DNA of 62,836 nt, filler included, from Choristocarpus tenellus KU-1152 (GCA_964200185.2; 12 parts of 12 records of this genome joined end to end with filler, not necessarily neighbours in it), one strand, 5' to 3'. Numbered from the whole stretch's first letter, positions 38,201-49,285 are shown. Program-made: numbers and translations. The notes: a model not told the origin generated them from the letters alone.

Positions 38201-38483
38201 TCCAATTGTCCCTGTCATTGACAACAGCAACGCCAGCATAGAGTCTCAAGAATACAAGAGTAGTGAATGGTTCAGTGCTGCAGCCATAGGGGGAGGGGCA
38301 GGTTTACTTTTGGTGGGTATCGGAGGAGTGGTGTACAGTTTACGACGAAGGAGGAGAATATCTGCTGCTGAAACAACCCAAGTAAATTCCCCAATTTCCA
38401 CAAGTGACTCCTTGAAGGGAACAGAGGTTGAAACTAACATGGGTATTGGGTCATCGTATAAACTTAGACCCATGGTCTGCTGA
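32268..38483 (+). CDS. Fusion protein: glucose/sorbosone-dehydrogenase-like beta-propeller + multicopper oxidase + C-terminal TM helix (exons 32268 or 32303-32433, 33095-33209, 33632-33933, 34318-34528, 34935-35119, 35626-35921, 36378-36542, 36736-36799, 37234-37444, 37636-37804, 38096-38483; 5' end off-contig)
   Basis: Propeller blades: STAVTAVHFYHGGQLPNRYENRLFAADF and VVDFAEDPHTGVLYGVD. MCO motifs: YNNQIPGPT, NLHTHGLH, GTFWYHPHHH, HPFHIHINH, HCHISEHSDQGVM. TM AAAIGGGAGLLLVGIGGVVYSL followed by RRRRR. All ten introns are GT-AG and phase-compatible. Confidence 0.88.
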
Positions 38484-39872
38484 CTGCAATGTTTATTCTC
38501 CTTTGACAGTCAGTTACGTTTTATGTTTTCGCTGACGTGAGTAGAGGATAAAGCGGATACTTTCGCAAGTATTGTTACCTTTGTGATGGTGATATCAATT
38601 GCTTTGGTGCTTGGCACCACAAGGTTTTGATAGGGTGGGGGAATAAGGAAGGGCTGGATGATTGTGGCAGAATATTAACGTACTTCTGGTGTGAAAGTAT
38701 GACTTGAGAAATTGTTTACTGTACTGTACTTGGTATTGTTGATTTATACTCACGAGTACAAGGTAGTACTCGTGTGCGCACTTGACTCAAATTGTCTCCT
38801 TGTTTCCTGTACCTGAATTGTGATATATTGAATATTTAGTGAACTATGCTATGAAGAGACTTTGTGCACTTATTATCATTCAACATTTTGGAGATGTTGA
38901 CACAGGTGAGAAAGAAGTACGTACTTCCTATTACCAAGAAACAGAAAAAAGACGATGCCCTTAGACCAGCCCCTTTCATGGCCAAGGTGCCGTATCTGCT
39001 TCCTACTGAACTGTAGGTTGTGGTAGCTCGAGAATGGCCATAGTCATTTAGTGAATAGGGATTGTTTGTCCAGTACCAGATAGTAGTAGTATATGATGCC
39101 ACAGAATGTATTATTGACTTGTACAATGACACGAAAGGACCTCTTTATTGTACCATATCATCTTGAAGATTCCGAGATGTAAGTGGTTTGATAGGCGACT
39201 TAGTCCTAACTTCTGACCCAGTCCATAGTGAGAGTGTGCCGCTTTACCTGTATTATGGTACAAGCACAAAAAAACTATGAAATCAAACCTTTCTCCTTTT
39301 CCACAAAATAAATGTATTTTGAAATTCGTCATGAGGCACTTGTGGTAGTGCTACTATCATATTCTACACAAGAAGTGTGCAACAGACAATAATAGCACAG
39401 AATTTAGTTAGGGAGGATATCATCATTTTTGTTACAGTCGTTTTCCTCTATGAAGGTATGGCTTTAGTCAATCGGAATTGTATCCCCCCTTGCCACAAGT
39501 GTGTAAGTAGCAGTTGCGTTATTGATCGTTCTTTTATTAAAGTCAAATACCAATATTTTTTTGAGGCATAAGCTCAAATAGTACCATTAGACTGGTGCTG
39601 CTGAAAGTCAAATCATTCCAAAAATGCATCAGAGTAGATACATGTGAAATTATCAGACTGTGCTCGAATGACAACCCCTCAGACCAAAGGAATCAGTAGT
39701 GACCATAGGTGGAAGAAGCAAGAGACAGGCACCAGTGGGACCACACGAACCCGACCAACTAATCTTACAGGATGCCTATATTCTTATTTGTACTTCCTAC
39801 ATTCGGAATTAAATGTAACATGACTTTCGCAAGCCCCAATGAAGAAGCAAGGTTTTTTTCACATGTTAAAAT

Positions 39873-40045
39873 GACTCAAAGTATCTAGGAGGGGTGGCGG
39901 CTGTCTGTTTGGGGTCAATTTTTTCATGTCGCGATTTTTGAGTGATTTGGTTGCATAAGTCGGACGGATAATGTAAGTGCACTTTTCCTGATTTTGTCCT
40001 CAAATGGATACACTGGTTTAGCCCCCACCCCCCACCCCCCCCCCC
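39873..40045. mobile_element. ~170-bp MITE-like element of the TCAAAGTATCT(G)n family
   Basis: Reverse-complement match to 56958-57121 and 61585-61713; shared terminus gactcaaagtatct. Confidence 0.7.
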
Positions 40046-40491
40046 ACATGTCTGATATTTGTGATGGTTGGGATTGTGGNNNNNNNNNNNNNNNNNNNNN
40101 NNNNNNNNNNNNNNNNNNNNNNNTTAATTAATTAANNNNNNNNNNNNNNNNNNNNNNNNNNNNNNNNNNNNNNNNNNNNATAACAGGGAAACCCAAAGAG
40201 GGGGAAAAAGTGGGGTGTCTTTTTTTTGGTGGGGGGGGGGGGGGTTACTACAAAAAAAGCTCCAAGTGATTGCAACAACAAATCCCATCTGCCTTGTGAA
40301 AAATCGTGATAAAATCGTGACAAAAACGCCTTCCAACTGCACCAACATCATACCGTGGGTATGATCTCTCACCCCCAAAACGCTGTTGCCCTTATGGCCA
40401 GATTCTCCTGTGCGCCCTTGACCTTTTCAGACAGTGACGTGAACAGTCCCCGCACCAATGCACTCTGGTCATAGTGATACACACATGGGGG

Positions 40492-40521
40492 TTAGGGTTA
40501 GGGTTAGGGTTAGGGTTAGGG
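40492..40521 (+). repeat. Interstitial telomere-like repeat (TTAGGG)5
   Basis: Five perfect TTAGGG units; an inverted ccctaaccctaa lies at ~40634. Confidence 0.9.
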
Positions 40522-41261
40522 CATACAAGTACGTCATTACCGGTGTCCCATGTACTCAGTGTATATATACACATAGTATGTGATCGTGTGTGTTTTATGT
40601 TGGTACTAAAGGTACTTGGGGGTATGCTAAACCCCCTAACCCTAATCCAGTGTGGTGCTGAAGGGGACGAATGAATCCTATTGGTTGAGTGTATTCATAT
40701 TGGTTCTAAACTGTGTTAACATGACGCACGCAGCAGTATCATTGGTTCTGATTACTTTATTTTCTGGTACCAAGTTCCCTTCCCCCTCAAGGTTGTTATT
40801 GCTTCACCGTCATCCTTATTCTTGAAAGGCGTTTTTATTGGTTCATGTCAAAAGTAAAGGAGTTACAAAGTATTGCAAGGCGTTGGGTGTTACTGAAAAG
40901 AGAATTGAATAGTAATACGGGGTTATAGTACTAAAAATCTAAATAGTAGTAAGATAGTTCACACTAGTTTGATGCACAATGCAATCACACCGATGCCCTT
41001 GGCAGGCATTCTTGTGGAGAAAAAAATAATTTATACACAGTACGACACAAGGTCCAAATGGCAGCACAAAAAGAGAACAGAAAAGACAGGAATATTCTTT
41101 AATATTTATATGTATGTATATATATATATATATGTCTTCCCATGTTCCTATTTGGTTTCTAAGATGCAAGTTCTCAAAACATCACGTTCTGACACAAGCA
41201 AGCAATCGCCATTGCATGTAATACAAAAACCGTGAACTGTAGGCAGTCTCCATTTGGGTTT

Positions 41262-41450
41262 TATGTACCATGTATCATGTATTATGTGTCATGTATTATG
41301 TACCATGTATCATGTGTCATGTATTATGTACCATGTATCATGTGTCATGTATTATGTACCATGTATCATGTGTCATGTATTATGTACCATGTATTATGTG
41401 TCTTGTATTATGTACCATGTATCATGTGTCATGTATTATGTATCACGTAC
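41262..41450. repeat. Minisatellite, 28-bp unit built from 7-bp subunits
   Basis: tatgtac-catgtat-catgtgt-catgtat repeated about 6-7 times. Confidence 0.9.
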
Positions 41451-42625
41451 TGGGTATAGTCCCCTTGGGGGTCTTGCATCCATTAGATGATGCAGCACTG
41501 TAGTGTCTAAACAGTATCAGACAGTCCCAATGAAAACAATATTGATGTGATTAGGGTTATGGCAATCTGTCACAGCTCTCTTCTTGTCTTCGAAGTTAAC
41601 GTGATGAGAGATTTGGACACCAGGAACCAAAACAAAGAAAAAAAATGATGTGTCTGAACATTTAAATACTGCATGTTAATTGGTGTGTTGGTATGATACC
41701 TCTATAGCGTACGGTAATAATTGTAATTTAGTATTAGTTTAATGTAGAAAGTCTAAGAATAAAAAAAACTAAACAAAAAATATATAATTTATTGGGCAAA
41801 GAGAGGATGATGCCGTCCCAGTACATCTCAAGTGACTGTAGGAATGTAAGCGGAACATGACATCCTTCCCATGTACTAGGAAACCCTTATTCCCACCCAA
41901 CTCTTAAAACAAGAAAATAAACACACACACACACACACACTGGGAGAAGAGCACAAGGAATGTGCTCAACACATGTATGCCATGAGCAGAGTTCAAATAC
42001 ATTGTACCCCTCCTAAGTCATTCTCAATCCACTATCACCATCCACACTACGCACTTGATAAAGAATAAAAAACACTACACTCCTCCAAGACACGCCTTCT
42101 TTTTCTTTTTTTTAAGTCCATACCCTGTTGCATGTAGGAGGTACATACCCCTGCCCCAATCATACCCATGCCCTCATTCCTTTGTTCATAAGCTTCCAAT
42201 GCTTCATGTAACCATGTGCAGTTACTCAAAGTCTACTATGCTGTGCACACAATCCATGCTTGTGACACATTTGAACAGATTTTATATTGGACTTGTACAA
42301 TTGAGCATGCCTCTCCAAGTAAAAATTGAACACGAAAATAGGTACCATGTGTGGCTGTTGTAGCCTATGAAAATACTCAAAACAAAACTCAGCAAAAAAA
42401 AACAAATGTCTCCGTTTTGTATCGGTTTGGGGATGGAATATTTTTCTTCTATTTATGCTCTGTAACTGCCAGTTGATCAAACTGAAATAACAAATACTTG
42501 CAGAATGAATTTGAAATATTTACAATTGTCCGTGATTTCAATGCAAGTTCATCACTTTGACTATCACGACACCTCTAATCAAGGGGAATGTATATATACA
42601 TATGCATATATTATATGTAGCATAC

Positions 42626-44135
42626 CTGCAAGTAGTCCAGTTTCTGTAAAAGCAGTCTTCCCTGCACCTCATCCACCCCATGCCCTCTCTTGAAGACCAG
42701 AATTCGCCCATCAAACGGACTCAAATTGCTGCTTTCACTGTTACCATCAGTTACACCCATGACTGCTTCATCCTTTATCACATCAGGGGCGGGTGCATTG
42801 CCAGTAGCAGCAGATGTCTGGTGCAAGACTTTAAATATTTGCTCGAGATTGTCAAGGGTGGGCCTAACTCTTCCTCCAGTGGGAGCCTCTGCAATGAGTG
42901 CCTGTTGGCAAAGAGAGGTAAACAAGATAGTGTTGTGGAGGGGGGGGAGTTAAAGCAGGAGACTGTGAGAGTCGGCACAGACTTGGTATCACAGGCATTC
43001 CAGTAGTGAGTCACACTGTGTGACATTAGATCATCATGCTCATATGGACACCAGAGCGGTCAAGAGCTGCTAATGCCTATGGAGACAGCGAACCTGGGAC
43101 ATCATGACATCGCGAGCGCTGACCGGGCTGAATTCGGCATCGTGAAGGAGCTCCTCCATCAGTTGCAGCACAGGGACACACTCCTGTAATGCAGCGTCCA
43201 GCCCGAAACGTTCGTCCTTCGTATCGTTGCGGTCGGACTCGGCTTCCGAACTGTCCTGGTTCCTACCATTTCGGCTGTCTCTCTTCTGATTCGTCGCCTC
43301 CCTTCTAATACTCCGCCACCTAGGGCCGAGAATACGACTCCATTTCCTCTTACGACTATCGGAGGTGCTAGTGCTTCGACCACTTGAGCCAATTCTATTG
43401 TGGCTACTGTTCAACAGGCTGTTGGTGATGGCAGGACTGGGAATATTCAAGTTGTCCTTCCGACCCTTTACTCTACTGGTTCGACCATTGCGCAGTTTAT
43501 CCATGCTGTTTAGACCAACGTCTAGTACTGTCCCCGCATTCGCATCATCAACTCTCGCACAGTACTCTGCACGGTAAACGCCCTCTAGGGTCCTGGAGAA
43601 GCGCTCAATTGCCACCTGCACACCACTACTCCCTCCAAATGACGATGAAGCCACCTCCGTCAGCAGTGACAGAGGCATCTCCAGGACATCCTCGACAGGT
43701 ACTAAGATACGACCAAAGTCCTCCCTGTCACCGATGTTCATAGCTGCAGCGATATAACTGCAGCCCTTCCTGGCCATGTGTCTAGATGGCACCCACAGTG
43801 TTGACTGAAGTTTGCCATTAAGAGCAAGGACTTGGTTCGAGTGTGACTGCTCCTTCAGTCCACTGCGTGGGGCATTTGAGAATGGGGTAGGTAACAACTA
43901 TGTTGGGGAAATCTGGAGCCTGGCACTGCTTTGATCATCAGCACAAAGAAGAAAGGGGCGAGAAGTGCTGGTTGCAGAACGATAATCCGATCCCATCAAT
44001 GAAATGATCACCATGGTAATATTCATCTTGTACTTACATGTGCCAACTGAAACCTGCGGTACAAAATGAACTTGCTGTGTGGATAACAGAACCAGCAGCA
44101 AAGATACCACTGAGGGCCTTCATGGCCAGCAGCAT
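42626..44135 (-). CDS. Plastid-targeted DUF3754/TMEM143-like protein, 5' exons 44135-44038, 43862-43094, 42901-42626
   Basis: Signal peptide ending TASSF; phase-2 then phase-0 introns; FDGRILVFKRGHGVDEVQGRLLLQKLDYLQ resembles the conserved DUF3754-family block (F.RG.G.D......EK.D). Confidence 0.65.
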
Positions 44136-44698
44136 TTGCGAGTAGGGCGCAACTTCCAGGCGTTGGTTTGTTGGGACATGAAGGCGGGTATTGCTGGTAT
44201 TGTGTACTACTACATAGTACTTCGTAGCTAGCATATATATACATCAATCGAACCTGTATCATATATATTTTACAGGTTCAAACCCCTTCAAGGTCATGGT
44301 TCGTTTCAAGGAAATATGGTTCCATGAAGCTGTTCCACGTGGCAAGCTTCAACGGATTGTATGTCTACTACCACCAACCTTCTTCTATGTATCATCTTTG
44401 TCCGTACCACAAGAACGCCGAACCGAGATCGAGGTGGATACTTCGGGTTGAGTCTAGGAGAAAATTGGAGGGAGGAGAGGGAACGACCACTACTAGGAGC
44501 GTTGAACCCAATGAGCGAGAAGGAAGGTAAGAACGAAGGTAGTACAATAATGTATCATTACATTATTGTTTTTGGTTTGAGGGATCTTAGATCTGGTCGT
44601 AAAAGTGTTAGAAAGAAGCTAATAATGGACACTAACGGTTGAGAAGAGACAACAACAACAACATCAAGGTCAAACAAACTAGTGGAAGGAAAAGAAAA

Positions 44699-44948
44699 GA
44701 GTCAAGCCAATTGAGAGATAGGCACTTTTGGGCCCTTTTCATAATCTAACCATATTTCTTACCTGCGCAATACACTATTTCAATCGCTTTATATATAATA
44801 TGCACAATACACAAAATTGCTGTTCCTCCTTCCCACACACAAACTGATCCAGGTCAGCAAATGCTCGTTCTCCAGTTGCACAAAATGACTTCTATTTTCT
44901 CGGGATCCTTAAAATACAACCCTGTCCACCTCCCATTTGGTTTGACTC
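44699..44948. mobile_element. 250-bp MITE with GAG...CTC termini and AAAA target duplication
   Basis: Left end gagtcaagccaattgaga; right end ccatttggtttgactc; flanked by aaaa on both sides; second copy at 45875-46129. Confidence 0.65.
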
Positions 44949-45129
44949 AAAATAACAAACAAAAATATTAAAGCGAAGAAATAGAACCCCCACGAGAACA
45001 ACTCTACTCACATTCTCACTCCACATACATAGTACATGTTCTTCATGATTTCAAACCAACAATATCCAGAGATAATTTGAAAGAGTACCATAATATTTGA
45101 ATTTACAACGGTGGAGCATATGAACCTTT

Positions 45130-45860
45130 TGGTACGTACGCATTTTTCACGGTGAAGTAGTAAAACACGTAGTGGACATGCTCCAGACATGCCTTTAAAA
45201 AAAAGACTGGCAAACAGTCATGGTCCCGACATGCAAGAAGAATGTTAGGCCGACTGACTGGCGGACATGGACTGTAACAATTACCCAGTGGATATAGTTG
45301 GAAATGTTAGAGAATGCTAGAACCCATCCAGCAGGCAGGCATGGAGCGGTACAATAATACCCAATGGCCATGGTTCAGATATGTCAGAGAAATATTTGAC
45401 CAGGTCTCGCCAGCAGACATGGACCTGTCCAACTTCTAGTGGACATGGACCAGGGCATGTCAAAAAATTGTGGGACCAGTCTAGCAAGAGGACAGCATAA
45501 TATTAATTTAACAGGTCAGAGAAACGTCCTGGAAAAAACCACGTTGCTAAAGCTCTTGTCGACCGCCTTTTTTTCCGTTTTTTCATCCCCTCTGAAACAC
45601 TCGACACTGATCAAGGTAAAGAACATGAGAATAACTCCTGGCAGAGTTACGGAAAGTGTACGGTTGCAACAAAACCAAGACTGCAGCACTTCAACCCAGG
45701 TAATCGCGTATGCGATAGATTTCATTCCACAATGCATGGTATACTGCCCATGTTATCTAATCTGGACAAATCTGACTAAGCATCCGTGTTGCCTTTGAAC
45801 AGCCAGCATATAACAGCCTACGATATCACTGTTCCATGTTCTCTCGTGCTTGAAAGGTGC
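45130..45860 (+). mobile_element. Degenerate Ty3/gypsy integrase fragment
   Basis: HVAKALVDRLFFRFFIPSETLDTDQGKEHEN...FNPGNRVCDRFHSTMHGIL..LSNLDKSD*ASVLPL matches an rve core with stops and frameshifts. Confidence 0.7.
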
Positions 45861-45874
45861 CCAATTTTATCAGA

Positions 45875-46129
45875 GAGCCAACCAAATGATAGAACGGCAG
45901 GTTTGGGCCCTTTTGCATTCTAGGTAATATTTGATACCCTGTGCATTATCACTCTATTGTTTGTGTGCGCAACAGTGCACACAAAATTGATGTTCCCTCT
46001 TTCCACACACAAGTGACACCATCAATTCAGCAAAGACCTTTTTTACAATCGCACAAAGTGGCATGTTTTTGCCCTTTCTCGGGATCATTAAAATATAACC
46101 CCGCCTAACTCTCTTAATTGGTTTGACTC
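45875..46129. mobile_element. Second copy of the GAG-ended MITE
   Basis: Collinear similarity to 44699-44948 (tttgggccctttt, cacaaaattg, ttctcgggatc.ttaaaata, ttggtttgactc). Confidence 0.65.
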
Positions 46130-46487
46130 AGAGCCAAATCAATTGAGGGGTAGGCAAATATCCCTAACGTAAGAGTCACAGAACAAACGACTAGTCCTAA
46201 AAGAAAACCCTTGCCCTTGAAACAGCCAAAGGAGTTGATTCAACGTCGACCAGTCGCCCACCAACAAGCAACTCCACCTCGTCCGATGTTTGTCGTAACA
46301 CTACTTGTGGATCGGCATTTGCGATGAAATCCTCTTCACTTGTGGGTTGCCGGCCCGATATATTGCTATCAGAGTCCATAAATAGCCATCAGAGAAAATA
46401 TTTCGGTTTTTCATTACAACGTGGCAGACTCTTGCAGAAATAGTATCCGTGAGGGCGTATGAGATATTCAAATTAGTAAAAGTTACA

Positions 46488-47620
46488 CTACCTCCGTGCC
46501 ATAAGTCTGTGCCACGTTGTCCATAACTTTTGCAAATGACGATGGAATTAATTTCTGAAAGAAGATTTGGAATCATTGACGAATTTCTGGTTAGGGTCAG
46601 CTCTTTTTAGTTTTTTAATCCCCATCCATCACATTTTATCAGCCAAAGAAAAAGTCTCCATGTCTACCTTCAGCATGTTTCAAGCTCACCAGACAACTGC
46701 CTCTTACTTACCCTGTGCGCTCCACACTGAAGTCATTCCCCCCTTTGTATCTAACTACTTGATTGTACACCACAAAAAGGAGCTGCCAAGCCCTCTCATG
46801 TGTGGTTTTATCATACTCCTCGTACAATTTCATATTGACCTTCACCATCTCCTCGACGGACCCAAACCGCTCCGCCATCACACGGCATTTCAAAGACCTG
46901 AAGAAGCATAGGTCCATGATATTGAGTTCAGGGGAGTTAGATGGCTGCGTCACCTAATCGACCATCCCTCAGTCTTCCCTACCCCTGACAAGATTTCTGA
47001 GTTGCTAAGTTGCCCTTGCCCGTGTGGGGGGTGGCACGGTCTTGCTGAATGACAACGTGCTTCCCCTGCAACCACGGCATCTTGGTCTTGATTGCAGGCA
47101 GTAACTCCTCCGTGTACCAATTCCTGTACCACAAATGGTCTAAAGTACAGTCCTGCTCATACACGTCCCCCATTTTATAGTTCTTGCTTCTCCTGTCTGC
47201 TGTTTTTAGCGCACACACACGCCAAACACCAAGCTTTCCATCAAAGCTGTGAGCCGATTCTGGGCGGGCGTTGGCTGCAATGATAATGGTTGTGGGGACA
47301 TGACTCTTGTACTGCACAGTAGGGGACCCTGGAAGGTCACTATCATCCTCATGCGGAAATACTCTAACCCTTCTCCCATCAGTCATGACGTAAAACCAGG
47401 TTTCATCCACATGGATCGTGTTCGCCATGGAGGCGTACACACCACGTTTCCGGTCCACTTGATCGCAAACAAAGTCCATTCTCCATACCTTTTGCCACGA
47501 ATTAAGCTTGGTTTTGATCCAGTGGCAATTCGGCATGGCCCCCATATCACTCCTTATGGTCCTCGTGCTATTATTTAGCCCCTTGGCGTCCATCATCATT
47601 TTCACCTGACACACGGTGGA
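46488..47620 (-). mobile_element. Plant-type (DD39D-like) Tc1/mariner transposon, frameshifted and 5'-truncated
   Basis: HVDETWFY, FDGKLGVW, VIQQDRATPH, then QPSNSPELNIMDLCFFRSL after a frameshift; Stowaway-like TIR ctacctccgtgccataa at 46488. Confidence 0.88.
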
Positions 47621-47659
47621 TGGCCAATTATCGGAGTTGATACAATGTATTGCGGTCAT

Positions 47660-48409
47660 CTTGGTTGGTGTGAGAGTGAATTGAGGGTACAAGTTTTGCC
47701 CTGCTTGCCCGTTTGGGGCTTGGCTTTCCATGTTATTTTTTATGACATTTTTCTACTCCAAAATATTTCAGAGTAGGTAAAATGTTTATCTCATGAAAAG
47801 GTGTGCCCGGAACAAGGATATTTATTACAGGCGAAGAGCGCGAGCATTTCTTTCTGCGTGCCAAAATGCGCGAACAGTATACATAGGTAAGAATTCATGT
47901 AGGAGGGACTTTGAATTGATAGAAGATGCAGAGTAAGATTTGAAATGCAAACATAATCTTACAGAATAGATGTCAATTCCTGAAAGTTGCAGAATAAATA
48001 TTTATGATTGAAGTATCTACTTAGCAGTTTGCAGACTTCATTTAACTCTTTGACTGTAGAAAATTGGTGAATGATGTTAATAAAAGGCTGATGCGGATCA
48101 CCACGCCCTCAGTTCTTTTGATTATTACCTCTTTTGATAAAGTTGAAAGCGAGACATTGACTGAGCTAAGCATCAACTGACACCGTACGTAGTTATCATC
48201 TGTGGACCCCCGCGTAGCGTCGTTTTAAGGTTGTTGGATTTGAGTTGCATATCCTGTGGAGGTGAGTTCTGAGGGGCAAGCTGTAACATGGAGGTCCTAC
48301 CAAGACTTCCACGCTGTAACATATTGGCACTTCCTAACAAACACGAGAGCAAAAATTACGTCAAAATCGTAACATTGGATTGTGGCCCCCAAATGGACGC
48401 GGCTCTACC
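47660..48409. mobile_element. Long-TIR element segment abutting the mariner, interrupted by a nested insertion
   Basis: 47680-47822 plus 48326-48409 are collinear with 24420-24637. Confidence 0.72.
47823..48321 (+). mobile_element. 499-bp T(G)TTACAG...CTGTAACA element with TATT target duplication (solo LTR or Ginger-like)
   Basis: The empty site aaggatattgacac is seen at ~24543; here tatt is duplicated at 47819-47822 and 48322-48325. A homologous end occurs at 56543-56638. Confidence 0.7.
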
Positions 48410-49285
48410 NNNNNNNNNNNNNNNNNNNNNNNNNNNNNNNNNNNNNNNNNNNNTTAATTAATTAANNNNNNNNNNNNNNNNNNNNNNNNNNNNNNNNNNN
48501 NNNNNNNNNTCTGTGGGACGTATAAAGTTGATTAAGGCTTTCTCCCAGCCTGCATTCATTCGAGAAATCAACACAAATTTCTATCAACTCAAGCCTGTCC
48601 TCCCTCGCCCTTGCACCTTGATGATAAAATATTACCCGCCCAGGAAACACAGACAACACCCATTTCCAGCGCTCTACAATGAAATGTGATAGTAAGGGGC
48701 TCTAACACTGCGAATCCTGTACCTGTGTATGAACGATGGGAAAGATCGTCTAACGGCGCTCGAGATGGCAGCAGGATATGCAATGGTCAGGTCGGAAACT
48801 GCGAGTAAAAGGGAGAGAGACTTCCTAACTAAGGGTCACATCAAGGTGTTGGAGCAAGGGCGCTATGAGAGACGTTTCGTTCTGGGCGTCGGCGAGGACA
48901 TCCTTGCCGAGGTCAAAGAGTGGGTGCGCGTGGGTGCACGAACATACAGGAAGGGTGGGGAGGCTTTTTTCCCGCCTACACCCTATACTTCAATAAAGTA
49001 ATAGTGCATCTGTTGACACTCTTGGTGACCTAAAATCCAGGGTTCGAACCCCAATACGAGCGCTCTTTCTGGAAAAAAAGAACAGAAAAGGCGAAAAAAA
49101 TAAGAAGCCTGTACTCTGGAGGACCTTCCGACCGGCATCACGAATATGATTTTTTTTTAAATCCAACGTCTACATCAAAGGTTATGACGGGACAACTCCA
49201 GAGGGCGAACTTCCTGATACCACTTACATATATACAAATTACACTAAAAAGAAAATAACTTGTCGAACTGTTTATACTTAACCTG

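Noticed and set aside
22224-38483. Copper-oxidase gene cluster (tyrosinase plus multicopper oxidase)
   Set aside because: The genes lie on different contigs separated by artificial linkers, so there is no evidence of linkage.
44324-44642. Divergent first exon with a GTAAG donor at ~44528
   Set aside because: No downstream exon or homology found; the following sequence is transposon-derived.
44699-46129. Internally deleted LTR retrotransposon with two LTRs
   Set aside because: The flanking repeats have their own TIRs and GAG/CTC ends rather than TG/CA, so they are better explained as MITEs.
48729-49001. 90-aa ORF MNDGKDRL...
   Set aside because: No recognisable family and no supported exon partners.
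48995-49070. tRNA gene suggested by a GGTTCGAACC B-box
   Set aside because: No convincing cloverleaf or A-box; at most a decayed SINE head.
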